DNA of 64,000 nt from Zancudomyces culisetae HAW-14-8 (lineage: Eukaryota > Fungi > Kickxellomycota). Location: contig JBNJNM010000008.1 in NCBI GenBank assembly GCA_052426225.1, forward strand, positions 310,001-374,000, read 5' to 3'. The notes under the pieces were generated by a model. That model saw only the letters and a program-made list of their open reading frames with translations, made no database searches and was not told the DNA's origin. Positions within the stretch are counted from its first letter, which is position 1. Every line of letters starts with the position of its first letter. Made by a program: the position numbers and the translations under genes. Positions 50,040-64,000 of this stretch are shown one piece after another.

Positions 50040-50613
50040 TCCAACATCATAGCACTTACGCATCCTTCTCCCATCTTGTTTTTTTTCTCGTTTTTTTTAC
50101 TTTTTGGTAAACTCGTGTCTTCTTATTGGCCATCTACTTTTTAAATAATACACTTTATCTATGACCTTATTATGTCCTCACAAATGTAGCCAGAAAAGTT
50201 TTGAAACTCGGCCCTCATCATCCTCATGCTTGTGATCTGTGCCTATGTTTGGCACAGAATATGTTAACTGGTCATGGATTAACACATTTAAAAGATTTAT
50301 CCATGAGATTTTTTTTAAATGAACTGAGCAAGGTTGTGTGGTTCAGCTTGAATTTCCCCCTGATCTTTGCTTTTTTTTTTCCAAATAATTGCCCAGGTGG
50401 AAATTTTTTTTGTTCACGTCAGCATTTAGAATGTTGTGGAAAACTATGCGAAATGAAAAAGGTTTCATTTTCTTTGAAAATGTTACCCTGACCAAAGTAG
50501 TGGATAAAATTGCTGAAATATAAATAAAACAAAGAAAGCTGATTGAAAAAAAATAAACATCCACACAAAAAGACACTCAATCACACAGCAAAGGTATACG
50601 GATAAACACGAAT

Positions 50614-52110
50614 ATGGACAAAGATACGGTAAATAGTTTGGTATGTGGCTTTATCCAGTTTATGGATCAAGTTTCACAGGATCCTACAATCGTTAATCAA
50701 GAGGAAGTGGAAGGATTGGAAGGTAAAAAAATAAAATAAAATAAAACATATATTCTCGGTTTGGAGTTAGAGCTTAGTAGCATTATTACTTGTTTTTTTA
50801 AAAAAAGTTTACACAACGGGACACCGTTCGTACCAAGCAAATCGGTAAATATATGTTAATTTATAACTAGTCGCGAAGCAATGCTTACTTAGCGCATTCA
50901 GACTTGAATCTGAGGACGAAGGAAATAGCATTCACGATTTTTCAAAAACAAGTTTATTGGAAATTTATGAAAGCTATTTGTCTGGCGGAATCAAGAGTGC
51001 CCCCAGAGACGAAACCCCAGTCTCGAATGCACGAAACCCCGAAAAGGCTGAGGAACACAAAGCAATCGGTAAATATACAAAAACAATATATATTGCGACA
51101 TCACCTGTGGCGGATTGATTCAGCAAATACGCAAAAAAAAATTTTTTGAACAAGGATATAATGAAATGTACATATTTGTAAATAATAACAAAATAGGAAA
51201 TAAGGAAATGGCTGCCAAAAACTACACCGAGGCAGTTGAAAACTATTCCAAAGCGATTGAATTTGATAAACTTAACGCAATATACTATGCAAACAGATCA
51301 GCAGCATACTGTCAACTAAACAAAATGGTAGAGGCTCAAAACGATGCGGAAATGGCAATAAGCATTGACCCCAATTATGGAAAAGCATACTCTCGCTTGG
51401 GTCATGCTCACTTTGGACAGCTTAATTATGAAAAGGCACTTGAAGCATACAACAAGGCAAAGGCAATGGACCCATCCAACAGACTGATTGACGGATATAT
51501 AAGAACATGTGAGGATAAATTGCAAGTTTCGGAGAGCAGGAGCGCCGCTGGTGCAGGTAGTGGTGGCATGGGAGGAATGCCAGACCTATCATCACTGCTG
51601 AACAACCCAGCACTAGCTAGCATGGCCAAGAACATGATGGGAAGCGGTGCACTAGACGAACTATCTAAAAACCCAGAGATGTCTAAACTGTAAGTCCAGA
51701 ATAATATAACCAGATATTCATATCAAATTTTTTTCCTATGTAGAAAGACTTATAGTATAATTGTATAATTTAAAAAAACCTAAATGTGTATGTGTATATT
51801 AGTGCCGACGACTATCGAAAGACAGGAAAGCTCCCCAATTTTAATGATCTAATGAAAGACCCCGCAATCATGAACCTTGCAAACAAGATGGCGTCAGGTT
51901 CCTCAGGTAGACCTGCAAGCAACCCTGACTCTGGCGGCTCAGCAAATCCATTCGGAGACATCATGAACAATCCAGATCTCATGAAAATGTAAGATTGTTA
52001 TTTGAATTATCAAACTCGTATTATTTTATTAAACAGCTTTGGCTTGCTAAACAAAAAAAAATAGGGCTTCCCAATTCATGAAAAATGGCGGAAAACCACC
52101 AGGAAACTAG
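50614..52110 (+). CDS. SGT2: Small glutamine-rich TPR co-chaperone (GET pathway), 5 exons
   Basis: Dimerisation motif EGLE|VAKQCLLSAF; TPRs GNKEMAAKNYTEAVENYSKAI..NAIYYANRSAAY..YGKAYSRLG; DP-like tail MPDLSSLLNNPALASMA. Confidence 0.92.
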
Positions 52111-52351
52111 CGAGCTACTTATATACACTATATTTTCCATCTTTGTTCATAGTTTTTAATAAAGTTTTGAGCTCAAAAGCCCGGAAATATTGTATTTGAA
52201 CTGTCATGACTATTTACCACCAACGTTGCCTTTATTTTTTGCTTTATTTTTGCTCTCATTTTTGGTGCAACTAGGCATACACAACTGGATACTTGCAAGC
52301 TTATGCCTGCATGCGCAACTGCCATAGGTGTAGATGTGATATTACTCCGGT

Positions 52352-53404
52352 TTATTGCTTAGCAAAAGTTTGTGCGACCAGCAATGGGAATACCAATGTA
52401 GCATCACTGCTTACTTTTATTGACTCTCCATCAACTCGTATCTTTCCCCAACTGACGGCCTCATCGGGACTAGCCCCGGCATCGCTACCATCGAACTCCT
52501 GGCCGGTGTTGATGTATACAGCATAGTCTGTTCCGTTTCTCATCAGGTTTGCATTGCAAATGTGGTGCTTTACGACACCTCCCCCCAGGATAATTGCACC
52601 CGTCTTTTTTGCAAATACGGCTTCTCCATTCATTCCACGTATATCAGAAACTATGTCGATTACCAAACCAGGTGACTTAAATGAATGAAAGTATAACATA
52701 TCACCAATTGATCCATCCGTAAATGCAGGACAATATACAGGTATTCCATTCTTATGTGCCCAATAATAAACTGAATCCTCATGGTTGATCTCTTTTCCCA
52801 ATCTGTCTATGATTTTTGAAGGCGTCCATAGAGTTCCATTCTGATTTTGCTCTTCAAGTAACTTGTCAAATATTGGGATTATCCAATCCTCAAACTTGCA
52901 ATAGTTGTTGTTAGGGACAATCAGATTTCCTATTCTGTTGATGCCCTTCTTTCGTAACTCTGCACCGTCCAAATTAAATTTGCCTATATAAGTGTTTCCT
53001 AGGCATTTAATTAAATCCTCCTCAATCCCACCAACGGTTGTTACTAAAACTTGGACCTTCTTGTGTTTAACCAAATATTTTATTGTTTCTCTTAGACCTG
53101 AACTTATCAGATTTGAAGTGTATCCCAAAAATATTTTGCAACTTGCATCGCTCAGTTCAGGATCTTCAGCTATCTCCTCAGGAGTTGCCTTCCAATTTAT
53201 CATTTTATTGATTATTCCTACAGCCTTTCCAAAGTGTGTTGCTTGAAATCCAGTAGCCAGATAGCTTTGCAATATTTTTTCGTATTGGTTCTCGGACTCT
53301 TCGAAATCATATCCCCGAACTACGATTGATCCCGGTGGCACTTCTTCGGATGCTTTGAATACAGCATTCTCTGTTATCTTTTGCAATTTGTTAACCTCTT
53401 TCAT
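52352..53404 (-). CDS. DYS1: Deoxyhypusine synthase (single exon)
   Basis: [57 protein letters not shown] and [19 protein letters not shown]. Confidence 0.98.
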   Translation of the reverse strand: MKEVNKLQKITENAVFKASEEVPPGSIVVRGYDFEESENQYEKILQSYLATGFQATHFGKAVGIINKMINWKATPEEIAEDPELSDASCKIFLGYTSNLISSGLRETIKYLVKHKKVQVLVTTVGGIEEDLIKCLGNTYIGKFNLDGAELRKKGINRIGNLIVPNNNYCKFEDWIIPIFDKLLEEQNQNGTLWTPSKIIDRLGKEINHEDSVYYWAHKNGIPVYCPAFTDGSIGDMLYFHSFKSPGLVIDIVSDIRGMNGEAVFAKKTGAIILGGGVVKHHICNANLMRNGTDYAVYINTGQEFDGSDAGASPDEAVSWGKIRVDGESIKVSSDATLVFPLLVAQTFAKQ

Positions 53405-56400
53405 GCTTGTTTGTGATTTTTTCTGTCCTAATCATTTCTGATCTATTATAGTGATAAGAATGATCAAGCTATTATTTTTTCCCTCTGCTTTATCCATCTC
53501 GTATATAGACATTTGCTTTTAATTGGACAGTTAAAGTGGATGGAGAAAAACTTTTCCATTTCCATCTCCAAAAGATCAAAAAAAAAAGTTATTATTGGAC
53601 ACTAAAAGCCGGCATGTATTTTTTTTTTGCCTTTACATGCCTTACCAGCTTATTCTAGTTAAACTAGAGATTAAGAGCCTTGTGTTGTGGGATCATGTAG
53701 AGAAATGAAGAAACGTTTACCTATAAGTGTTTTCAGCTGTACTATAATTTTGATAACAAATCTTTCTCTATAGTGACTATACCAGTACCACCTTTGTAAA
53801 TGTAAAACTAGACTTATAGTTTTGTGATAAACTGTGCAAGACCTATTACTATAAACTATGATAGCTCAATATCAATTTAGAAATAGTATGCATTGGGATA
53901 TACACAAAGTATTGAATGAAAATAGACCCGGGCTCAGTATCTACGCTGGAATAATATAAACAAAATCTTTAAACACAAAAAAAAGGTTCATAAATCAATA
54001 TCGCCGGTTTTTTCTCAAAACTAATATCCTTCGAAAAGCTTTATAGATGACATTACAAACCACGATCAGCATAGACCCATTGCACCATTTTTATCCAACA
54101 CCACGTTTTAAATTCCAAAAATATATTGTATACAGGGCTAAACATATCCAACAAATCTAGCTATTAATTAATTTTGACTGCCTTATCGATATTTAATATT
54201 CTCGTCTTTTCGATTACATGTATTTTTTAAAAAAGTGTCTTTATTAATTATTCACACAACATGTGTATCAATCTGTTAATTAAAATATGCTTGGGAAAAA
54301 AGCTAATTAAATTCTGGAGGGGGGGTTGCTCTTCTTTTTGAACATGTTTCAACTTTTCTCTACCCTTTAACTTTTTTGCTAAGCTTTGTTTCTATAACTC
54401 TAGGAATTTAGCATTAAAACAGGTAGTCACAAGTTTAAGTGAACCACTAGCATGTTGAAATTAAAAAGTTACATCAATTGATTCCAAAATGATATCATCG
54501 CCGAATCAGACCCTATATGCAGCTCAGTATGCCTTCTCTATCATTTCTTGCTAATTGGTGTGAAAAAAATTGAACTGTATTTGTCAAGTACTGTTTGATC
54601 AAAGATTCTATTCCAACTATTTTGTAGAAATCTAGATGCTGGGAGAAGTGAATGTGCTTTATAGGTGCTAAAAGTTGTCTTCTATATCAATAGTGACTAG
54701 AAAACCATTGTGGTCTGCACAACACATGACAAACTTCTTTTTAAGAACAGAATTCTAAGCTGCTAGCTGGAAGGAGTTTGAATGGACATTTACAATGCCA
54801 ATGCTGATACAACTCTTGATAGTTTGGTTCGCTTCGCTTGGGGGTTTTTTTTCCTTTCAGAACTTTTTCTATCGTAATTATGTAAAAAGCACAAATTTTG
54901 GTCTATTTCCATAATCCACTCGAAAAACTGAAAAGAATATTCCCATTGCTCAAAAAAAAAGAATCCTCATCATAAGCGATTCCATGACCACGGTCTTCAA
55001 ATGCAACCTCATCACACATCCAACAGTATTGCTTTGCTAGGGATTACACTTTCATTTATCTGGAACAGGAAATATTTGCGATCGTGTTTTTTTCCCAGCA
55101 CGTAATTTATGACAGTAAATTGCCAATCTCAATTTTACTGCTTTTGGATTAACAACACCTCAAATAAGAAAAGCCATCAATAAGCCTGAAGTCATTCACT
55201 GTAACGATCCTCCCCTCCCTACTAGAGTGAGTCAAACACGTTGTCGTGGTAAGATTATCTATTTGTGACACTCGCCTGCCCACCATGCCGTGAATATAGG
55301 CTGCAAAAAATACATCTGAAATGGATCGTCCGTCTCCTGGATGAAAAATCAAATCGTCTTGTTTCTCCTATAATACACTGACAGTATAAACTTTAACTGT
55401 TACCCAAAACACTACACCTATCGTTTCTACAGTTTTTTACTAGCAAAAAAATGCGTTGTTAAATTTAAATTTGGTTTGGTGTTGCTAGAAAATGTAACAG
55501 AAAAAATACCACCAGAAAAATCCTTGCGCTTTTTTTTTTGCTATTGCTTGTTAATCGTTTTCAAAAAAAAAGTGGACGAGTTTCTCCAAACATCCGGATC
55601 CATGTCCCTTTTTTTGCAAATGCGCAAATTTGCTAACAAAACGAGATGGGGTAGATTTGGTAACTACCTTGTATATTTTTGCTAATATTGCAGAGGTGGT
55701 CACTATACACAAAACTACATGAGCTATACCCCCTTCTCCTCTCCCTTTTTGTGCTAAAGTTGTGTAACCCCCCCAAAACCATTAAAAATGTTTTATAACT
55801 TATCCCCACAGTGTGTAAATAGATAGCCTCAATTTGGCTACGATCTTTTTTTTTTTGAATTTACAGTTTAACGAATCAAAATAACAGTGTTCCCTTTTTA
55901 TCCCAAATTGCTTTTTTTACTCATATACTTTTACTAATACTTAAATAACCATCCCGTGAGTGGTTCTGCTGGTCCATAATTTATCTAAATTGGAGTTATT
56001 ACGATCAAATTGGCATATATTTGGTAAAAAGATAAATCCATTATCCTTCAACTTTACAAGAAAACCGGTGATGAAAATCAAAGAGTTATCAATTTAGACC
56101 TAAAGTGGAAAACCCTTTTAACGCTTCCGCCTCCATTTTCAAAAAAATTAATTTTTAAACTATTCAGATCAAAATTAAAATTATAAGGGTGAATTGGGAT
56201 AAATTAAACATAAAAAAAATTTCTCATTCAATCAGCATTCCCCATTATTTCTTGACACAATAGGTGCTGATAACAGGAACCAAAGAGTAGCTGTATTTGT
56301 GGAAATGTCCTATTCTCGGTATTGCCGCAAAGACATCAGCATTGGCACTGCCAACCGAATGAACCCAATAAGTAAGCCAAATTTGGACTACATTCTCTTG

Positions 56401-57124
56401 TTGCTATATACACACTGTTGTCCTTTTTATTGGTTTGATGCACTTCAAGTACTCGTAAATCCTTCCGAAAAGTGGGCCACGTAGGTGTGTCGCCATCTCT
56501 GCCCACCACTGAGAATAATACGGGGTGCAAACATGGCTATCGTCTGTGCCTCCGCAGTTACATCTGTCCTATCACATCTACACTCACATATCTACTACAA
56601 CCTTTAATCATAAAGATCTCTCTAACTACTTTATTATCTATCTGTTGAGCATCGATAACCAATTTGCCCATTTTTACAGCTAATTGCCTTTTCATTAATA
56701 AATATTCCCAGAGCCTCGCAATGGGTAATATGCTAGAAGGCTTAATTGGTTTTTAAGCAAAAGCGTGACCTTATTCAATTACTTTACTCTAAAGGGTAAT
56801 ATTTGATCGTGTACTATAACTACTTCTCTCTCTCTCTTGCTCTCTTGCTCTCTTTTTCTCTCTTTTTCTCTCTCTTTCTCTTTATTTTCCACAGTTTCTG
56901 TTAGTGTTTCGAAAAATAAACATAAAACAAAACATACGACTTTAGCTGATATGCAAATCATTTTTTTTAACACGATTAATGTCGTTGTTTTAGTGTGCAT
57001 ATTTCTCGTCTAATTAATGACCCCTGTTGAAGATAAAGTAATAATGCATTTTTAGATTTGTTTCGTACAGTATGTTAGCACCAAAGTCTTTATATTCATT
57101 AAAAAGTGCCTAGCGTGCGGTTGA

Positions 57125-57143
57125 TATAAATTCAGATATATAA
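57125..57143 (+). promoter_or_regulatory. Tandem TATA-like boxes (TATAAA, TATATAA) upstream of the Cys-rich microprotein ORF
   Basis: About 180-200 bp upstream of the ATG at 57323, followed by a CA-rich leader. AATAAA near 57705 downstream. Confidence 0.4.
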
Positions 57144-57322
57144 GCAACCAAAAGTTAACCCAAAACACAACTTTTTCTCTAACCATCAAGTGTCCATACA
57201 AAAACTTTTTTAAAAAAAATACAAAAGATCCAGAAAAAAGAACAGCATATCAAACTCCAAGAGATAGCACAAGCATACACAGCTGATAGTCATTCCTTGT
57301 CAACCTCGTGATAAAATATACC

Positions 57323-57463
57323 ATGTTAAGAATAAGCAAAGAAGAAACCAAGGCTCAAGAGCTTTCAACGCTAAAGACCTGCATGCACAAAGCGGATGTA
57401 TGCTGCGGTAAAAGATGCCCCTGTGAATGCCATAAGTGTATATACATCAAGCATCTTATTTAA
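57323..57463 (+). CDS. 46-aa Cys/His-rich microprotein, metallothionein-like
   Basis: MLRISKEETKAQELSTLKTCMHKADVCCGKRCPCECHKCIYIKHLI*. Seven Cys in 20 residues (CC, CxCxC, CxxC), accATG start context and an upstream TATA. Confidence 0.55.
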   Translation: MLRISKEETKAQELSTLKTCMHKADVCCGKRCPCECHKCIYIKHLI

Positions 57464-58213
57464 CTCTTTTTCCATATTCCATCTCAATACAACTTGACAG
57501 TTGAGAGGCACGCTCAAGTATTCGAAAATAGCATACATTACTCAGTTACTGTATTATACACTTGCAATTTTTCGTAAAACATTTATAACAACCGGTTTTA
57601 GAACCCAAAGGTTGATTTAGTACGCACGTCATATTATCATTTTTTTTGTAATTTATTTTAAATACCATTATTGAACGCCTAAATTTTTATTATTACGCTT
57701 TCTTAATAAACAGTTATATATTGAAATGGCTGCTAATTATTTTTTTCTTTGGTACATATACGTATTAGCGTGTATATGAATACAACAACATCAAACGAAA
57801 AAAAGACGAGGGACTTGCCAAGTGACCAATTGTTTCATTAGCTTCCATCATAGTATTGCTTTCCCTCTCCTTCACCTGTCCATTTTTTTTCTGGCATATG
57901 ATTTGTAATGCGTTTTTTTACCAATAGCATCAACAGCACGGAGCATATCTTCTTTTTTTTTGTTTTGCAATTCCCCAAAGCAAATTATTTATTGAGCTGA
58001 AATTGTATGGAATTCGGTAGCGTTAAATTGCATTAATGACTTTATTATTGCATGACCAGCTGAAGGATTTAATGGTAGGATATCCAGCGTATTTTTCACT
58101 AGTGCATTCAACATTCGAAAACTTTAATCGAGCCATAATAGAACGAGGACATTACAAATTACGATTCTTGTTATTTCTTCAACAGGAGCTTTTAAGATAC
58201 TAACTATAAGAAA

Positions 58214-59842
<1,629 letters not shown>

Positions 59843-60104
59843 GCTGCCTCTACATACTTCTACACGCTTTTTTCTTTTTATTTATTCTTTGCACGTGTTT
59901 ATTCACATTAGATTTAGTCATAATCTTTGATCAACCGGCGATACGCTTAGGGCCTTTTCCGGTTATTGCACTGTGTTCTATGTACCAGTACCATTTATCT
60001 GTTCCTTTTTTGCCTTTACTTTTGTTTTTAAACTTTTTTGAAAAGTTTATTTAGTTTACACAACAGTTAATGCAAAAAAAAAGTATAGCTAGGAAAATCA
60101 CATG

Positions 60105-60625
60105 TTAGCCCAAGAAATGCGCTACAATGAAGTGCAAGATGATATTACAAAAGATGAATTCGGCCAAGGCTCTATTTTTTTTGTTGTTACAAGTGTTGTT
60201 GCGTGAGTAAGTGTGATCAAGATGGTATGAAATTAAATTCGCTATCTTGGCTAATTTTCTCTAGAAAATAGTAATATATAACCTACTCTTTTGGTGTTTG
60301 CTTATTCTCAGCGGCGTTTTTTGGATTGAATTTGATTCTCAGATTTGCTAATAGGAATACTCACTAAATTGTAGATATTGAATATTTTTATAAAAACTGT
60401 TTAGTCTTGCTTACCTGAAAGTACAAAGCTAGCAACAGCGGATCCAAAGCCAGCCAAAAAGGCATTGTAGGGGTATGTTCCAACTACTAGTAGATAAACA
60501 GCCTGCAATACCCCAAGAAGTACACAAAATACCATGTAAAGGTCGAGTAATTTTAGTTTCTCTGGAGTCTCAGATTTGTATTTCTCCAAGGCCTCAGAGT
60601 ACACGCTCGAGATGCTTGAAATCAT
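60105..60625 (-). CDS. OST2: Oligosaccharyltransferase subunit Ost2/DAD1, 3 exons
   Basis: TPEKLKLLDLYMVF..QAVYLLVVGTYPYNAFLAGF...SFVLS|ANLRIKFNP...PK|EALAEFIFCNIILHFIVAHFLG*. Confidence 0.95.
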
Positions 60626-63600
60626 TCTGATTTGTTCTATTTAGTTTTCTTGATTTTGTTGTTCGCTGTAAAAAAGCAAGGATTCCTGAGGATCGAATGA
60701 TATATACCAAGTTGCTCACCAACGTTCTGTCTTTTTTTTCAATTAGAAGTCCTAATAAATTAATTTAAAGAAGGCTGAATTTTAACTACAGCTTTAGAAA
60801 CAAGTGAATAACAAACCAAAACCTGGGGAGCAGCCTTAGCTGACAAATGGGTTTTTTTTTCGTGTTGATTTTTGAACTTTCTTGCTTTCATCTGTTTTAC
60901 TACTCGCTAGATTTGCATAAAAAAAAGAATTTCCCAAAACCAATAGAAATATACTTTAATGAGGCACAAACTTTTTGGTTTGAATCACTGACCCTCTTGC
61001 GAAGTACCATTATGATACTACCAAGACAGGCTATGAAACGAAACATTCTGTCTTTAGATCCAAGGGTGTTGATATATATTGATATATATTGATTTTATTC
61101 AAAGGATATAGTATCACAAAGCTATAATATTATAAAATGTGGCATTTATACCCAGTTGAATGGTGACGAGCTATCTAAAAGGTGTATTAAGATAGACGCG
61201 GCTTATGCATACTGTCTGTAATTCTGGTACACTCCTGACTTCAATATACATAATATCAAAAAATCGAGGTTCTGAGCAAGTGAGAACTGTGGTGTGCTAT
61301 AGGTATTTATTGAATACGCGTGTACATTAAACTAAGCATTCATTAATATATCTACTTTTTACCATCTTAAAAAGCGAAGACAGGTTAGGTAGAGTTTAGT
61401 TCTTGGTTATAAAATATTATGTTAAATGTTTTAGAGATATGCCAGATATGTTGTTAAATCCATCATTACCTCCATTTCAAGAAGCCGAGTATATAGAACT
61501 GTAGAAAAGAAAAGAGACAATTCTTATCCACTTGGTAAAACTTCACCGATAAAGAATCCAACCTCGCAGCATTAATATGCTCTAATACACAGGAAAATAT
61601 GACAAGAAACTAAAGCTAGGCATTTGTTTCATTTCATAATTTTTATACTAAGCTGCCATGAAAGGTAGGTGAATCTGGGTATTTCGACGTTGTCGTGGTG
61701 TTTTCTATCAAATACCCAGTTAACTCAAGGTTATCACCAGAGAAAATTTTGCTGTGATTTATGTACACTGAATGTGAATTTTTTTCCGATTCTAGAACGT
61801 TTTCGGGTTTAAACATGCCAAAAAAACACATCTACACTTTGCTTTCAAGGATTGTATACACTAACAAAGTGAGCGTTTGAGGGGTACATTATATTTTTTG
61901 TATATGACACAAAAAAGAGTTATATATATTTTTTAAAAGCAGTCTATTAATAAAGTAAAACGCTTTTAGTAAAGACTAGCTAGCACAAAAGGCTAGACTA
62001 TATAGCATCCTCCAAAGCTGCTATATGCTTTATAAATACACTTGGTTCATCTTTTCCCCATTAATTATTTTTGTTGCCATCTATTTTACTTGTTTTTGTT
62101 CAATTGTAGGGAAAATAAAGCATGATGGAGCCATAAATGCAAAATCCATAGTTGATTACACTTTCAAACAATTGAAATAAGCTAGAAAACCAAATGCTCA
62201 AAATAGCGGGAAATGTTGCTCAGTTATAAAATATAACGCATTTATTGGATCACCCATTCCCATTCACAAACGCTGATGGCCAGTACTTTTACTAGTCAAT
62301 CACTGGATAGTTTCCACTCTCATAGCTTATTTGCAGATTTTTTAAAAGTGAACCTGAAATTGTCTGAACTATTATCTCTTTTTTTTTTGGCAGTGATGAT
62401 CCTGTTTGAATACCAAACTCTCCCTTAAAACAATAATAGTGTTAACCTGAACTATTTTTTTTAGCATAAATAGCCAAAAACACCTGTAATATATTACACT
62501 TTATTTGTTCGAATGATTGGGAATTGGTGAATTATTAGCCACCACTTTTTTGAAACAGTTCTGAAAGATAAACCGATTTGAAGCACAAGCAGAAATATCA
62601 TAAACGATTTACAGGGCAAATGAGAATGAAGTTCGCTTACCCGATCCTTACAATCGTTTCGATTACATACACTGCATTCCAAGCGATGTTTTATATTCAA
62701 AATAGCAGAGGGCTTGAAAAATGTAAGTTTAAAGGCAGCCAGATTCTCAGATATTCCAAAGAATTGCGGATTGGGTTTATGCTCCCCTCCCCCTCTGCAT
62801 TTTTTACCATATTTATCTTTATTTTAGCAAAAAAAGAGAAAAGAACCTGAAAATGTAAAGATGCTGCGGAAAATAGGTGTACTGGAAACACAAGCAGCAA
62901 AGAGTAAACTGAGCTCTGCTATTTTCAACAGAGAAATAACAATTAGATACGACAACCCCAACCTGTGGTGTCTGATTTCGGAGATAATCAAAATCCTTGT
63001 TAAAAATATCTATTTGCTTGTGGTAAGTGCCGATTATACACGTTTTCTATATACCCATTCATCTTTAACTGGGTTTGGGTTAAATGTTTTTTTGAATATT
63101 TTCCAAAATTCAAGATAATTTCATGTTCGCCCCAGGAAAGGCTAAAGGGCGCAATATTTGAGTGATTATAATGGGTATCTAAATAAAAAACTTAGTTTGT
63201 CGCAAATTTTGTCGTGATATGCATCGTCTTATTTTACAAGAGGCTAAGAGATTATAACCGTTATATGAAATTTTCGACAGACACATGGGTAAGTTATTAT
63301 CTGAGCCTATTCTTATTCTTTATCTCTCTGCAATACACAAAATATAGGACACTATATGGCTAACATTGATAATGTTGTGTTATTTTGTAGATCCCCCTTG
63401 GTTATCCACGAAACTTTTTCTTATTCAAAACAATAGTAATTCAACCAATACTTAACTTTAAGCTGGAAGATTTTGTTTTGTGGACTCTTTCCTATAGTTT
63501 GATTTGTCTGTTATACGAGATATTGAAGCTTTGCAAAGGATATGTTAAAGGTGTAAGTTTAACTCACCAATAGAATATACATAGGGTCTTTGATGGGTTA

Positions 63601-64000
63601 CATTATATAGTTTTATTTATAACTAATAACGGAGATGGAGCACAAGTAGTTTGGATGCTCTTGAACTATACATACAAAACAAGCTTGAAAAGTCGAGTCA
63701 AGTCAACCTTAGATTTTTTAAAAAACAAAAATACAAACAAATAGTCGGCAAACCCAAGGAATCCAGTAAGCATGAAAAGGCTGGACGAGTTTCCCTTCTA
63801 CTTTCTGTTGATTTTGGTTACACTTGTCAACTTTCTTGCTGCCTGGATGTTTTGGAGCAAGCTAAGAGCGTTTTTCCCATTTCTAGCCATCGAGGTTTGT
63901 CTACTATTCTTTCCCATATTTTATATATTACTGCTATAGCGCACAAACCCAACACTATGTTACCGGTTCTACCCTCTTTTTTATATTTCAACCACGAAAC

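Noticed and set aside
41092-57463. A functional gene cluster (tyrosinase + Cys-rich peptide + SDR + PPAT)
   Set aside because: The genes are interspersed with unrelated housekeeping genes, with no backbone biosynthetic enzyme, transporter or regulator.

Overview
AT-rich eukaryotic (fungal) genomic DNA with spliceosomal introns. No rRNA, tRNA, CRISPR or transposon sequence was recognised. Gene content and style suggest an early-diverging fungus, possibly Kickxellomycotina/Harpellales (inference only). By hand-splicing GT/GC-AG introns I reconstructed about 20 genes: MRPL3 (partial), TAF6, NAR1, SEC39-like, COQ2 copy A, PHO81/NUC-2-like, COQ2 copy B, UBP3, CRM1, a BAR-PH-ArfGAP-ANK protein, a DUF4203-type membrane protein, CAB4/PPAT, a secreted tyrosinase, a catalytically degenerate MT-A70 protein, HSDL2, SGT2, DYS1, a 46-aa Cys-rich ORF missed by the ORF track, RAB2 and OST2/DAD1. 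The best lead is the pair of duplicated COQ2 prenyltransferases. Copy B has Phe->Leu at the position matching one of the two residues that switch animal COQ-2 from ubiquinone to rhodoquinone synthesis, while copy A keeps the ubiquinone-type residue. Other leads: a cluster of Pho4-type GCACGTTT sites upstream of PHO81, a metallothionein-like microprotein, a GC-AG intron in RAB2 with a competing GT donor, near-exclusive TAG 3' splice sites, and regional GC-skew switches that ignore gene orientation. All calls come from motif recall; no database searches were run.
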